Shown here: piece after piece, positions 42,015 through 54,284 of the stretch
Layout of the letters: each line of letters begins with the position of its first letter
How positions within the stretch are numbered: the stretch's first letter is position 1
Assembly (NCBI GenBank): GCA_963662945.1
Contig: OY759974.1
Location: 1,376,001 to 1,440,000 of the forward strand
Direction: 5' to 3'
Origin: Arcobacteraceae bacterium
Lineage (GTDB): Bacteria; Campylobacterota; Campylobacteria; Campylobacterales; Arcobacteraceae
DNA: 64,000 nucleotides
The notes under the pieces: generated by a model
Told to the model about the DNA's origin: nothing
What the model saw: the letters and a program-made list of their open reading frames with translations, nothing else
Database searches by the model: none
Made by a program: the position numbers and the translations under genes

Positions 42015-42646
42015 AAAATGCAATTGTAACAGGATATAGTTCTGGTATAGGAAGAGCAATTTGTGAAGATTTAGAAAAAAATGGTTTTTATATTATTAAA
42101 CTTACTTCACGATTGGAAGATTTAACTTCCTTAGAACAAGAGGTAAAAGAGCTTTTAAAAAAGAAAGAGATAGATTTACTTGTTAATTGTGCTGGTGTAG
42201 GAGTATTTCAACCACATGAGGAGATAAGCATCGCTAAAATAAAAGAACTTATTGATATCAATCTTACTGCACCTATAGTTTTATCAAACTTATTATTGCG
42301 AAGTTTAAAAAAAACTCAAGGAAAAATCATAAATATAGCTTCAATAGAAGCAACAAAACATTCAAAGTTTTCAGCACTTTATACTGCAACTAAATCAGGG
42401 CTTCGAGATTTTGGACTCTCTTTATTTGAAGAGTTACGAAAAAGTGGGGTAGGAGTTACAACTATAAATCCAGATTTAACCACAACAAACTTTTTTGATG
42501 ATTTACAATTTGAACCTTCTCAACAAAAAGATACTTTTTTAATGCCAGAAACTATTGCAAAAACAGTTATAGATATTTTAAATACACAAGGTGTGATTAC
42601 TGATATAACAATTCGACCTCAAAAGTTTGCTATAAATAAAAAGTAA
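42011..42646 (+). CDS. Short-chain dehydrogenase/reductase
   Basis: [18 protein letters not shown]. Confidence 0.9.
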   Translation: MKNAIVTGYSSGIGRAICEDLEKNGFYIIKLTSRLEDLTSLEQEVKELLKKKEIDLLVNCAGVGVFQPHEEISIAKIKELIDINLTAPIVLSNLLLRSLKKTQGKIINIASIEATKHSKFSALYTATKSGLRDFGLSLFEELRKSGVGVTTINPDLTTTNFFDDLQFEPSQQKDTFLMPETIAKTVIDILNTQGVITDITIRPQKFAINKK

Positions 42647-43114
42647 TTATTTTATAAGATTATATTCTTTAAAGAGTTGATATACACAGTTTTCTATCAT
42701 AGAATAAACTGTTGTAAATCCTTCAAAACCACTAAAAAAATATGGGTCAGGTACATCTTCTCCATTTGAGCCAAAATCTCCCAATAACAAAGGGTTTTGG
42801 CAACCAATTTTTTTAAGATTTGCAATATTTTTATGATCTAATCCTACGATTAAATCAAAGTTGTTAAAATCTTTCTTTGTTACTTGTCTTGCTTTATAGT
42901 GTGAGATAGTTAAAGAGTTTTGTAAAGCTACTTTTTGGGAGTTCTCACAAGGGGCTTCACCAATATGCCAGCTACCTGTTCCTGCACTATCAACTTTTAT
43001 ATTGAGATTGTGTTTGCTGGCAATATCACGAGCTATTGCTTCAGCTAATGGTGAACGACAAATATTTCCAAGGCAAACAAAAAGAATACTGGAAATCTGA
43101 TTATTTGATCCCAA
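42647..43114 (-). CDS. Low-molecular-weight protein-tyrosine phosphatase
   Basis: VCLGNICRSP, DSAGT, DVPDPY. Confidence 0.93.
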   Translation of the reverse strand: MGSNNQISSILFVCLGNICRSPLAEAIARDIASKHNLNIKVDSAGTGSWHIGEAPCENSQKVALQNSLTISHYKARQVTKKDFNNFDLIVGLDHKNIANLKKIGCQNPLLLGDFGSNGEDVPDPYFFSGFEGFTTVYSMIENCVYQLFKEYNLIK

Positions 43115-43817
43115 TATTTAGATACCTTCTCATTTTTTTAATCTCTTTAAAATTTGCATCACATAAAAGAAGTTTTTCATCATCATTTTTGGTTACATCA
43201 CCAAATGGTGAAATAATAGCACTACTTTTTGCCATATCTGCATTTGCACTATTCACGGCAATAACAAAACATTGATTTGCAACAGCTAATGCTCTTGTAA
43301 GTATCTCAAAGTTCTGTTTTCTTCTTAATCCCCACATGGCAGGAACAAGTATCACATCTGCACCTTGTATTTTTTTCCAAAGTTCAATATATCGTAACTC
43401 AAAGCAGATAAGTGTAGCCACTTTTATTCCATCTATATCAATAATCTTAATATCTTTTTCATCTCCAGCAGAAAAATAAACTCGTTCATCATTAAGGACA
43501 AATAGTTTTGCTTTTGATTGTGTGTGGAGAATTTTTCCTTTATGAAAAATATGCAAAGTATTGAAATATTGTTTTTTCTTTTTTGTAGTTAAAGTGAGTG
43601 CAATAGTTTTTTTATTTGAAAGCTCTTTTAAAATTTCAATAGCTTCAAGTGAAAAAGCAACAGCATCATCCATTCTATCATAAGCATAACCAGTTAGATA
43701 TAATTCTGGTGCTAAGATGATAGAGTTATCTGGAGCGATGTTGATTTGATTGATAAGTCTTTTTAGGTTTTTTTCAAAATTATTTGAAGTTTTTAATTGT
43801 AGGGCTATTAAATTCAT
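43101..43817 (-). CDS. Carbon-nitrogen hydrolase (nitrilase-family amidase)
   Basis: E-K-C triad motifs APEL, KAKLF and ICFELR. Confidence 0.9.
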   Translation of the reverse strand: MNLIALQLKTSNNFEKNLKRLINQINIAPDNSIILAPELYLTGYAYDRMDDAVAFSLEAIEILKELSNKKTIALTLTTKKKKQYFNTLHIFHKGKILHTQSKAKLFVLNDERVYFSAGDEKDIKIIDIDGIKVATLICFELRYIELWKKIQGADVILVPAMWGLRRKQNFEILTRALAVANQCFVIAVNSANADMAKSSAIISPFGDVTKNDDEKLLLCDANFKEIKKMRRYLNIGIK

Positions 43818-43820
43818 TGT

Positions 43821-44531
43821 CTAAAATCCAAGTCTTTTTTTGATTAATTCTTCTTCTGTTGAAGAGGAAGAATTACTTTGCGAGTTTGCAAAATCTTCTT
43901 TGATTTTATTTATATTTCTTAGTTTGTCTTCTAGTTTATCTAATTGGATTTTTTTATTTACTCTTGATTGAGAGAGAGCATCTTTTTTTGTAGATTTATC
44001 TGTTGAAGAGGAAAATGCATAATCACTATCTGTATTAACAAAGTTTTTAAATTCCTCTTTTTCAAGTTTTCGTTCCAACTTGGAGATACTAATTGTTTTG
44101 TCTTTTTCAGTATTATGGATTTGTTTATTAAGTTCTTTGTTTATTTTTTCTAGTTCTACGATAATTGAGTTTTTATTTTCTAATTGTTGTTTAAAATCTT
44201 CAATTCTTTTTTCAATATTATCCATAAACTGTTCATGTTGCTGTTTTATGGAATCAAACTCTTTTGTTTTTATAATGAGTTGTTCATCTTTCATCTTTAT
44301 CTCTTCAGATAAAAACATATTTTTGTTGTTGAGATTTGCTATAGCATCTTCAAGTCGTTCTTGTTCATTAAAGGCAGTTTTACACTCGTGTTTTAAAGTG
44401 GTTATAGTATTTTTAAGATTTATCACTTCTTCTTCAAATTCTTTTATTGTTTTATCTTTCTCCTCTATGTTGTCACTTAAACTTGAAAGAACATTTTCAA
44501 TAAGAAGAATTTGACTATTTTTACTTGCCAT
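43821..44531 (-). CDS. Hypothetical coiled-coil protein
   Basis: 236-aa E/K/N-rich heptad sequence, tightly spaced between nrdB and the hydrolase gene. Confidence 0.7.
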   Translation of the reverse strand: MASKNSQILLIENVLSSLSDNIEEKDKTIKEFEEEVINLKNTITTLKHECKTAFNEQERLEDAIANLNNKNMFLSEEIKMKDEQLIIKTKEFDSIKQQHEQFMDNIEKRIEDFKQQLENKNSIIVELEKINKELNKQIHNTEKDKTISISKLERKLEKEEFKNFVNTDSDYAFSSSTDKSTKKDALSQSRVNKKIQLDKLEDKLRNINKIKEDFANSQSNSSSSTEEELIKKRLGF

Positions 44532-44544
44532 AAATTATCTTTTT

Positions 44545-45573
44545 TTAGAAGTCATCAAAATCAATTGAACCCTTAGAATAGTTTACAACATTTCCTTCAA
44601 AGAAGTTTGTTCTTTGATCGTTGAATGAACTGTAACCATCTACCCAAGGAATCGGGTGTTTTACACCATATTCTGGTGAATAACCAACTGCTTCAAGTCT
44701 TTTATCTGCTAGATATTCAATATATTGTCGAATAATATTTTTTGTAAACCCTAGAATTTGTCCTTGAGTGATATAGTCTCCCCAGCTAGCTTCTAAATCA
44801 ACCGCTTTTCTAAACATTACTCTTACTTTTTCTTCTAACTCAGCTGTAAAAAGTTCTGGTCTTTCTTTTTTTGTACTATTGATAAGATTTTGGAATAAAA
44901 GAAGATGTGTTACTTCATCTCTTTGGATGAATTTAATCATTTGCGAAGAACCTAACATTTTTCCTGATTTCCCAAGTGCGTACATAGCTGCGAATCCAGC
45001 ATAGAAGTAAAGACCTTCAAGAATTTGGTTTGCAAACATAGCTAATATTATTTTTTCATCAGTGATATCACCACTTAAATTTTCATAAGTTCCTGCTATA
45101 AAATTGTTTTTTTCTTGAAGTTTAGCATCTGTTTTCCACATATCATAGATTAAATCTGTATTATCAGAGATTGACTCAACCATAACGGCATAAGATTTAC
45201 TATGATTTGCTTCTTCATATGATTGTCTTGAAAGACAAGCATTGATTTCTGGTGCTGTAATGTATGGGTTGATATTGTCCATCAAGTTGTTTGTTTGTAA
45301 AGAGTCCATAAAAATAAGTTGTGATAATACAAGGTCATACATTCTTTTTTCAGGAGGAGTAAGATATTTATAATCTTTTGCATCTTGAGTCATTTGAACC
45401 TCTTTTGGAAACCAAGTGTTTCCTTCCATTTGATCCCAAAGTCTCGTTGCCCATTCATATTTACATCTAGTAAAGTTAATCATACCATCTGGATTTCCAC
45501 CAAAGGTTCTTCTATCATTGAGATTTTCAGTTGATTTTGGGTTGTATATTATTTTTCTATCCATTTTTTTCAC
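44545..45573 (-). CDS. nrdB: Class I ribonucleotide reductase beta subunit
   Basis: [13 protein letters not shown] (radical Tyr), LEGLYFY, RDEVTH, NFFE...NY. The start may be ATG at 45564. Confidence 0.96.
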   Translation of the reverse strand: MKKMDRKIIYNPKSTENLNDRRTFGGNPDGMINFTRCKYEWATRLWDQMEGNTWFPKEVQMTQDAKDYKYLTPPEKRMYDLVLSQLIFMDSLQTNNLMDNINPYITAPEINACLSRQSYEEANHSKSYAVMVESISDNTDLIYDMWKTDAKLQEKNNFIAGTYENLSGDITDEKIILAMFANQILEGLYFYAGFAAMYALGKSGKMLGSSQMIKFIQRDEVTHLLLFQNLINSTKKERPELFTAELEEKVRVMFRKAVDLEASWGDYITQGQILGFTKNIIRQYIEYLADKRLEAVGYSPEYGVKHPIPWVDGYSSFNDQRTNFFEGNVVNYSKGSIDFDDF

Positions 45574-45618
45574 TCTTTTATTATATAAATATTTTGTAGT
45601 TATTGTTGTAGGTTTGTT

Positions 45619-48003
45619 TTATTGACAACCTACACACTCTTGACTTCTATCTGCAACATCGGCAACGGCTTCAGGTGATTGACTTCTTAGGTAGTATGTT
45701 GATTTTAATCCTAACTGCCAAGCTAATGTATATATCTCATGAAGATATTTTCCACTCGCTTTATCAAGTGCCATAAAGATATTTGTACTTTGCCCTTGAT
45801 CAATCCATTTTTGTCTAATTGCTGCTGCTTTTATGATATCTTTTTGTTCCACTTCATAAGCTGGTGTATAGTAATTCCAAGTATCAGGAGATAAATTTGG
45901 TACAACTACTGGAATTTGTCCACTTAAATTTTCTTCAAACCATTTTCTTTTGTAAACTGGCTCAATCGCTTGTGTTGTTCCTACAAGAATTGAGATTGAT
46001 GAAGTTGGTGCTATAGCCATAAGGTAACCATTTCTCATACCTTTTGTTTTTACTTTTTCTCTTAAAACTTCCCAGTCATATCCTGTATCAAATAAATCTC
46101 TTTGGATTAATGCATTTACAGCTGGTGTTGCATGATCCATAGGCATAATACCTTTTGACCATTTTGAACCTTCAAATGTAGGATAACTTCCTTTTTCTAC
46201 AGCTAAATTAGCAGAAGCATCAATAGCATTGTAACTAATAGCTTCCATAATTGAATCTATCTTTTTAAGGTGATCTTCACTTCCCCAAAGAAGTCCAGAT
46301 TCTGCAACCATTTGTGATTCCCCCATAACTCCAAGACCTATTGCTCTTGTTTTTAGGTTTGTTGCTTTTACTTTTCTAAGTGGGTAGAAGTTTAAATCTA
46401 TAACATTATCAAGCATTCTAATTGCTGTTGGAAGAACTCTTTCTATATCTTCTTTTGTATTGATTTTACTTAAATTTACTGATGCAAGATTACAAACAGC
46501 AGTATCTCCATCAATCTTTTCTTTTTCAACAATAAATATTTTTTTACCATTTAAGCTATCAAGAGCTGTGATTTTATTTGCTTTTTTTACTATTCCACTA
46601 TCTACAGTTACTTTATCTTCTTCTTCAAAAGTTAAAATCTCTCCATCTTCTAGTTCTATTTTTACTAAATAGTGATTTGGATTTGTATTTTGGAAAATTT
46701 CTGTACAAAGATTACTACTTCTAATAAATCCTGTATGATCATTTGGATTTGCTCTATTTGCATTGTCTTTAAAACATAAGAAAGGACTTCCTGATTCAAA
46801 ATATGAAGTAAGAATTTTTTTCCAAAGTGCTTTTGCTTTCATTTGTTCTTTTGTAATAGAGTCATCATTTTCATACTCTTCATATCTTTTTTCAAAAGCT
46901 TCACCATTTAATTCTGCTAAATCTTTTACTTCGTAAGGATCAAACAAAGTCCAATGTCCATCTTCTAAAACTCTTTTCATAAATAAGTCATTAATCCAAA
47001 GTGCAGGGAATAAATCGTGTGCTCTTCTTCTTTCTTCTCCAGAGTTTTTCTTTAAATCAATGAAGTCTTCAATATCCATATGCCAAGGCTCTAGATATAC
47101 AGCAATAGCACCTTTTCTTGTCCCTAATTGATCAACTGCAATTGCAATGTCATTTGTGATTTTTAAAAATGGTATTGTTCCACCAGCAGCACTTTTGTGA
47201 CCATCGATAACACCACCTAAACTTCGGATTGAGTTCCAGTCCCAACCAATACCACCACCAAACTTAGATAATAGTGCCATCTCTTTATATCCATCAAAAA
47301 TACCTTCAATATTATCTGGACTTGAACCTATGTAACAAGAACTTAATTGGTGTCTATTTGTTCTTGCATTTGATAATGTTGGAGTCGCAAGCATTACTTC
47401 AAATTTTGAGATAACATCATAGAATTGTTTTGCTTTTTCTTGTTTGTCTTTTTCATTTTGTGCTAAAAACATAGCAATACCCATAAACATTTGTTGAGGC
47501 AATTCTATTGGTTCTTTATTGTTGTTTTTTAATAAGTATCTATCATAAAGAGTTTTCATTCCAAGATAATTAAAAAGATAATCTCTTGATGGGTCTAAGT
47601 AATCACTTAAATCATCTAAGTCATAACCATTTTCTAGTTCAGGAATAATTCTTCCAGCTTCTTGACCATATTTAATGTAGTCTTTTAAATGACAGTATGC
47701 ATTTCCTTTGATACCATGGGTTGCTTTTCCAACTTTATGGTATAAATCAAAAAGAAAAAGTCGAGCAGCAACAAAAGTCCAGTTTGGAACATCTATATCT
47801 ATCTTTTCAACAGCTGTTTTAATTAAAGCATCTTGAATATCAGATGAACTCATACCATCAATGAATTTGATTTGTGCATCGATCTCTAATTCACTTTGAC
47901 TAACACCATCTAAATCTTTTGTAGCTGAGATTGTGTGTTTTTGGATTTTAGTGATGTCTAAAACCTCTTGACGACCATTTCTTTTTTGTATCATTATTGC
48001 CAT
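45619..48003 (-). CDS. nrdA: Class I ribonucleotide reductase alpha subunit with ATP cone
   Basis: KRNG ATP cone, ATPT, SSC, SNLCTE, CNLAS, APTSS, STYY and C-terminal CVGC. Likely start is ATG at 48003 with SD GGAG. Confidence 0.97.
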   Translation of the reverse strand: MAIMIQKRNGRQEVLDITKIQKHTISATKDLDGVSQSELEIDAQIKFIDGMSSSDIQDALIKTAVEKIDIDVPNWTFVAARLFLFDLYHKVGKATHGIKGNAYCHLKDYIKYGQEAGRIIPELENGYDLDDLSDYLDPSRDYLFNYLGMKTLYDRYLLKNNNKEPIELPQQMFMGIAMFLAQNEKDKQEKAKQFYDVISKFEVMLATPTLSNARTNRHQLSSCYIGSSPDNIEGIFDGYKEMALLSKFGGGIGWDWNSIRSLGGVIDGHKSAAGGTIPFLKITNDIAIAVDQLGTRKGAIAVYLEPWHMDIEDFIDLKKNSGEERRRAHDLFPALWINDLFMKRVLEDGHWTLFDPYEVKDLAELNGEAFEKRYEEYENDDSITKEQMKAKALWKKILTSYFESGSPFLCFKDNANRANPNDHTGFIRSSNLCTEIFQNTNPNHYLVKIELEDGEILTFEEEDKVTVDSGIVKKANKITALDSLNGKKIFIVEKEKIDGDTAVCNLASVNLSKINTKEDIERVLPTAIRMLDNVIDLNFYPLRKVKATNLKTRAIGLGVMGESQMVAESGLLWGSEDHLKKIDSIMEAISYNAIDASANLAVEKGSYPTFEGSKWSKGIMPMDHATPAVNALIQRDLFDTGYDWEVLREKVKTKGMRNGYLMAIAPTSSISILVGTTQAIEPVYKRKWFEENLSGQIPVVVPNLSPDTWNYYTPAYEVEQKDIIKAAAIRQKWIDQGQSTNIFMALDKASGKYLHEIYTLAWQLGLKSTYYLRSQSPEAVADVADRSQECVGCQ

Positions 48004-48221
48004 AAAAAACTCCATTCAATATATTCGAAAGCTATAGTAATAAACATTACTTATAATAAAAATTTGTTACTATAATTTTGTATTTTTTAAAGATTTATTT
48101 TACCTAAAGTTACTTAAATGAGACCCATTTTATAGATACAAAATATCTTCTATTTTTTTAACCATTTTTATATAAAAAATTAGATAAAATGTCCAAAATT
48201 ATGTAAATCAAAAGGATTATT

Positions 48222-49217
48222 ATGGCTGTAAAAGTTGCTATCAATGGTTTAGGAAGAATTGGAAGATGTGTGGCACGAATATGTGCTGACAGAGATGATG
48301 TAGAATTGGTTGCAGCCAATGCAAGTGGTAGTGAAGAGATGATTCAATACAACTTAAAATATGACTCAGTACATGGGAAAAGAGATGATATTAGAGTTGA
48401 AGATGGTTACATATATATTGGAAATGAAAAAGCAAAACTATTAAGTGAAAGAGATCCTGCTAAACTTGATTATGCAAGCTATGGGGTAGATGTAGTTTTA
48501 GAATGTACAGGGGCATTTTTAACAAAAGAGTCAGTACAACCATATTTAGATAATGGTATAAAAAAAGTTGTATTTAGTGCACCTGCAAAAGATGATACAG
48601 ATACTTTTGTAATGGGTGTAAATGAAAAAACTTATGCTGGACAGTCAATAGTATCAAATGCTTCTTGTACAACAAATGGACTAGCACCAGTGGCAAAAGT
48701 ACTTGATGATGCTTTTGGTATAGAAAAAGGTTTAATGACAACAATACATTCATATACAGGAAGTCAACCAATCCTTGATGCAAAACATAAAAACGACCCA
48801 AGAAAAGCACGAGCTGGAGCTACGAATTTAGTACCAAGTACAACAGGTGCAGCAAAAGCAATTGGAAAAGTTATGCCACATTTAAATGGTAAGTTAAATG
48901 GACAAGCTATAAGAGTACCAACACCAAATGTTTCAATGGTAGATTTAACAGTAACATTAAATAAAAATGTAACAGTAGAAGAAGTTTGTGAAGCTTTTAA
49001 AAAAGCAGAACAAGGTGAGTTAAAAGGTATTTTAGCAACTGATACAGAAGGAAGAGTAAGTAGTGATTTTAATGGTGAAGAGAACTCAACGGTAGTACCT
49101 CTTGATACTATTCAAGTAGTTGGAGATAATATGGTAAAAGTATTATCTTGGTATGACAATGAGTGGGGATATTCGTGTAGACTAGTAGATATGGGTGTAC
49201 ACGTAGCTACAAACTAA
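48222..49217 (+). CDS. gap: Glyceraldehyde-3-phosphate dehydrogenase
   Basis: INGLGRIGR, SNASCTTNGL, TTIHSYT, RVPT, WYDNEWGY. Confidence 0.97.
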   Translation: MAVKVAINGLGRIGRCVARICADRDDVELVAANASGSEEMIQYNLKYDSVHGKRDDIRVEDGYIYIGNEKAKLLSERDPAKLDYASYGVDVVLECTGAFLTKESVQPYLDNGIKKVVFSAPAKDDTDTFVMGVNEKTYAGQSIVSNASCTTNGLAPVAKVLDDAFGIEKGLMTTIHSYTGSQPILDAKHKNDPRKARAGATNLVPSTTGAAKAIGKVMPHLNGKLNGQAIRVPTPNVSMVDLTVTLNKNVTVEEVCEAFKKAEQGELKGILATDTEGRVSSDFNGEENSTVVPLDTIQVVGDNMVKVLSWYDNEWGYSCRLVDMGVHVATN

Positions 49218-49239
49218 TTTATAAAAATTAAGGGAAAAA

Positions 49240-50439
49240 ATGAAACTTCAAGAGATAAAAAATATAGATATAGCTGGTAAAAAAGTATTTATAAGATGTG
49301 ATTTTAATGTACCAGTTGATGAATATCAAAATATTACAGATGATAGAAGAATAAAAAGTGCATTAAGTACAATTCGATATTGTATAGATAATGATTGTGC
49401 CATAATTATTGCAAGTCACTTTGGAAGACCAAAAGGTGGATTTGAAGAAAAATATAGTTTAAAACCTGTAAAACAAAGATTAAAAACTTTATTACAAATG
49501 GAAGATATTAAATTAGCACCAAGTATTGTTTGTGAAGAAACATTAAAAATGGCAAAAGAATTACAAAATGGTGAAATAATGTTTTTAGAAAATATGCGAT
49601 TTGAAGCTGGTGAGACTAAAAATGATCCAGAATTATCTAAAAAACTAGCTTCAATGGCAGATATTTATATCAATGATGCTTTTGGTGTATCGCATCGAGC
49701 ACATGCTTCTGTTGAAGGAATTGCACAACATTTTGATATTAATCATAAAGCTGCTGGATTTTTGTTAGCAACTGAGATAAAGTTTTTTTACCATATTATA
49801 GAGGAGCCAAAACGACCATTTGTAAGTATAGTAGGTGGTAGTAAAGTAAGTGGAAAACTTGAAGCATTATATAATCTTGTACCAAAAGTTGATAAAATCA
49901 TTATAGGTGGTGGTATGGCATTTACTTTCCTTAAAGCACTTGGATATGAAGTTGGAAACTCTTTAGTTGAAGATGATTTAATTCCAGAAGCATTAAAGAT
50001 TATGGAAGAAGCAAAAACACTAGGAGTAAAGTTTTATTTACCTGTGGATGTTATTGCAGCAGAAGCTTTTGATAGTGAGTCATTTGCAAAAGCTGTAACA
50101 GTACAAGAAATACCAAAAGGATGGATGGGATTAGATATCGGACCAGCATCAGCATTATTATTCTCACAAGCTCTAGAAGATGCACATACTATTCTTTGGA
50201 ATGGACCAATGGGTGTGTATGAAATGGATAAATTTGCAAAAGGAAGTGCAAAACTTTCTCATGCTGTTGCTAGTTCTTATGCTACAACAGTAGTTGGTGG
50301 TGGAGATACTGCTGATTTAGTTAGAAGAACAGGGGATGAAGAAGCGATGACATTTATCTCTACTGGTGGAGGAGCTTCTTTAGAACTCATAGAAGGAAAA
50401 GTGTTACCTGGCGTTAAAGCACTTATTATTGAAGAATAG
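49240..50439 (+). CDS. pgk: Phosphoglycerate kinase
   Basis: [40 protein letters not shown]. Confidence 0.98.
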   Translation: MKLQEIKNIDIAGKKVFIRCDFNVPVDEYQNITDDRRIKSALSTIRYCIDNDCAIIIASHFGRPKGGFEEKYSLKPVKQRLKTLLQMEDIKLAPSIVCEETLKMAKELQNGEIMFLENMRFEAGETKNDPELSKKLASMADIYINDAFGVSHRAHASVEGIAQHFDINHKAAGFLLATEIKFFYHIIEEPKRPFVSIVGGSKVSGKLEALYNLVPKVDKIIIGGGMAFTFLKALGYEVGNSLVEDDLIPEALKIMEEAKTLGVKFYLPVDVIAAEAFDSESFAKAVTVQEIPKGWMGLDIGPASALLFSQALEDAHTILWNGPMGVYEMDKFAKGSAKLSHAVASSYATTVVGGGDTADLVRRTGDEEAMTFISTGGGASLELIEGKVLPGVKALIIEE

Positions 50440-50448
50440 TTATATTTT

Positions 50449-51465
50449 ATGAATATATTGTTAAATGGTGTAGGAAGAGTTGGAAAGTCTATAGTAAGAA
50501 TTGTCAACACATTTGAAAACATCAATATAGTAGCAATAAATGAACTTAATTCAAATATTGAAAATATAGCTTATAGTATCAATTATGATTCAACTTATGG
50601 AAGATTTGAAGATAAATATATTGTGAAAGATAAATGTATTGAAAATTCTAAGAATCATATTGAGATACTAAATTTTACAAATTTAACTCAAATAGATTTT
50701 AAAAAATATAAAATTGATATTATTGTAGATGCAAGTGGAAGTAAACTAGATATAGATGAACTTAAAAGGTTACAATTACCTAAAATTCTTTTAACACATC
50801 CTAATAACAATGCCGATATAAATGTGATAGTTGGAGTAAATGAAGAAGAACTTCACAATCAATCGCATAAAATTATTTCAACAAGCTCTTGTAATGCAAC
50901 AGCACTTCTTCCTGTTTTAAAAATTATTGATGAATCTTTTTCTATAGAGTATGGAGATGTAAGTACGATTCATCCTTTGTTAAATCATCAAAAAACTTTG
51001 GATAGTGGTTGCATAGGAAGTAGTGATAGAAATGTAGCTTGTAATTTTGAATTTGGTAGAAGTGCGACACAAAATATTATACCAAGTCGTACTACAACTA
51101 TAGATGCCTGTTCTTATATCTTGCCACATATAAATGAAGAAAATATCTCTTCTAGTTCTTTTAGAGTTCCTACAGCAACAGTTGGAGCTATCAATGTTGT
51201 TTTAAAATTAAAAAATGAGATAACAAAAGAGCAATTATTAGAAGTTTTAGAACAGTATCAGGCTACACAAACTTCAAAAATTGTATTAAATAATTTTGAA
51301 CCATTAGTTTCAAGTGACTTTGCGCAACAAGAATATACCTCAATTATTGATCATAGATTTACACAAGTGAAAAAAAATCAAATGGTAAAGTTGGTTTTAT
51401 GGTATGATAATGAGTGGGGATATGCTTCTAAAGTAGTAGAAATCATCAATAAATTATCACTATAA
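50449..51465 (+). CDS. Divergent GAPDH-family aldehyde dehydrogenase (Epd-like)
   Basis: NGVGRVG, AINEL, YDSTYG, SSCNAT (catalytic Cys), TIHP, FRVPT, WYDNEWGY. Confidence 0.8.
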   Translation: MNILLNGVGRVGKSIVRIVNTFENINIVAINELNSNIENIAYSINYDSTYGRFEDKYIVKDKCIENSKNHIEILNFTNLTQIDFKKYKIDIIVDASGSKLDIDELKRLQLPKILLTHPNNNADINVIVGVNEEELHNQSHKIISTSSCNATALLPVLKIIDESFSIEYGDVSTIHPLLNHQKTLDSGCIGSSDRNVACNFEFGRSATQNIIPSRTTTIDACSYILPHINEENISSSSFRVPTATVGAINVVLKLKNEITKEQLLEVLEQYQATQTSKIVLNNFEPLVSSDFAQQEYTSIIDHRFTQVKKNQMVKLVLWYDNEWGYASKVVEIINKLSL

Positions 51466-51564
51466 GTATAAGTAAATATTATTATAACTTTAGTTAAGCT
51501 TTGTTTAAGTTATATGAAAGTGGGACTATTCTATAGTTTTCTATATTAGAAAAAAGGATGGAAA

Positions 51565-52479
51565 ATGAAGAGAATAGTTTTGATGCTTTTAGTATCATTT
51601 GGAATATTATTAGCAAATGATGTACAAGTATTTAGTGTAGATAATAAAGATGGGAAAATAACTCCACAAACAATTGAGGCTGAATTTAAAAAGAATGGAT
51701 TTTATATTTCTGATAATAGAGATATGAATGGACCATTTATGAAACAGTTTGAACAAACAGATTTTAAAGTATATAATTTGTTTACATTGTACCACATTGA
51801 TTCGGTACATAATCTCGCAAAAAAATATCCTCGAATTGGATTGTTTACACCTATGAGTATGTCAATTTATACAAGAAAAGGTGAAACTACATTACATGTA
51901 TCGTCACTAACTGTAGATGCAATGGCAAAAATATCAGGAATACCAGCTTCAAATCCAGACTTACAAAGAATTGGAAAATTAGTAAAAGAGATTTTATCTA
52001 AAACTATGCCAAATGGTACATTTGAAACTTTTACATATAAAGTATCTTCAACACAAAAAGAGCTTATCACTAAAATGCATATTAAATTTGATCCAGAAAC
52101 TTGGAAAGATGATAGTGAGGGTATGATAGAAGACTTTGAATCAAGATTAGAAATGAATGGTTTTGTTCAAGCTGGTTTTACTGATATTAATTATGACTTT
52201 ATTAAAGCTGGAGATGATACATTTGATTTATTTGTATCAGAATCAATTTGTAAATTACCTGTAATTTATGCTGTTGCAAAAACAAGACCAGAAGCTGGAG
52301 CATTTGCACCTTGTAGTATCTCAATGTACAAGAAAAAAGGTGATGACACTATGTATGTAGAGTATCCAAATGTATATAATTGGATAGCGTCATTATCAAT
52401 TGCTGATAAAGAAGCGATAAAAGAACTTCTTGAAGCACAAGCTAAAATGGAAACAATACTTTACTCTATAAAAGAGTAG
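51565..52479 (+). CDS. Exported tandem DUF302-like domain protein
   Basis: Signal peptide and two homologous halves (GFYI...PRIGLFTPMSMSIY and GFVQ...PEAGAFAPCSISMY). Confidence 0.7.
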   Translation: MKRIVLMLLVSFGILLANDVQVFSVDNKDGKITPQTIEAEFKKNGFYISDNRDMNGPFMKQFEQTDFKVYNLFTLYHIDSVHNLAKKYPRIGLFTPMSMSIYTRKGETTLHVSSLTVDAMAKISGIPASNPDLQRIGKLVKEILSKTMPNGTFETFTYKVSSTQKELITKMHIKFDPETWKDDSEGMIEDFESRLEMNGFVQAGFTDINYDFIKAGDDTFDLFVSESICKLPVIYAVAKTRPEAGAFAPCSISMYKKKGDDTMYVEYPNVYNWIASLSIADKEAIKELLEAQAKMETILYSIKE

Positions 52480-52551
52480 CAAATATATAAGACTTTTTAT
52501 ATCTTTATGATAGAATACGGCTTTAAAAATAATTTATAAAGGGTATTCATC

Positions 52552-53262
52552 ATGAAGATTATAGCAAGCAACTTTAAGACTAACCACACAAGAAGCAGTA
52601 CAAAATCTTTTGTAGATGCTATAAATCAATTTATTGAATCAAAACAAATAAAAAATGATGTATTTATCTTTCCCCCTGCAACAGCATTGGATACATTTGA
52701 TACAGTTACAAATCTAAAAATAGGTGTTCAAAATGCTTATTATACAAAAAATGGTTCTTTTACTGGGGAAATAGGTACAGAACAACTTGATGAATTTAAT
52801 ATAAAAACAATCCTTATTGGACATAGTGAAAGACGACACATCTTAAAAGAGTCTCAAAAAGATTTAACATTAAAATACAATTATTTTAAATCTTTAGGAT
52901 ATAGAATAATATATTGTGTAGGGGAACCTTTGGAAGTAAGAGAAAAAGGTCTTACAGAAACTTTAGGATATATTTGGGAACAATTTGAAGGTATTGACCT
53001 TAATTATGACAAACTTATTATTGCTTACGAACCAGTTTGGGCTATCGGTACAGGTGTTGTTGCAACTGCAGAAGAGATAGCACAAGTACACAAAAAGATA
53101 AAGAAAAAAATTACGCAACCATTATTATATGGAGGAAGTGTTAAACCAGAAAATATAGAAGAGATATTAAAAATTGATAATGTTGATGGTACGTTAATAG
53201 GAACAACATCTTGGGATGTTGAACAATTTAAAGAGATGATTGAAATTACAAATAAAAACTAA
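52552..53262 (+). CDS. tpiA: Triosephosphate isomerase
   Basis: NFK, GSFTGE, GHSERR, AYEPVWAIGTG, YGGSV. Confidence 0.97.
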   Translation: MKIIASNFKTNHTRSSTKSFVDAINQFIESKQIKNDVFIFPPATALDTFDTVTNLKIGVQNAYYTKNGSFTGEIGTEQLDEFNIKTILIGHSERRHILKESQKDLTLKYNYFKSLGYRIIYCVGEPLEVREKGLTETLGYIWEQFEGIDLNYDKLIIAYEPVWAIGTGVVATAEEIAQVHKKIKKKITQPLLYGGSVKPENIEEILKIDNVDGTLIGTTSWDVEQFKEMIEITNKN

Positions 53263-54275
<1,013 letters not shown>

Positions 54276-54284
54276 GGAAATAGT

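Noticed and set aside
46510-46690. About 55-aa insertion in NrdA between SNLCTE and VCNLAS, considered as an intein or intron
   Set aside because: No Cys/Ser-start or His-Asn-end splice motifs, too short, and the frame is uninterrupted. As I recall, similar insertions are normal in Campylobacterota NrdA.
48066-48084. Possible NrdR box upstream of nrdA
   Set aside because: Poor match to the consensus, single copy, AT-rich background.
51494-51509. TTAAG direct repeat (11-bp period) upstream of the DUF302-like gene
   Set aside because: Too short and too common in this AT-rich genome to support a claim.
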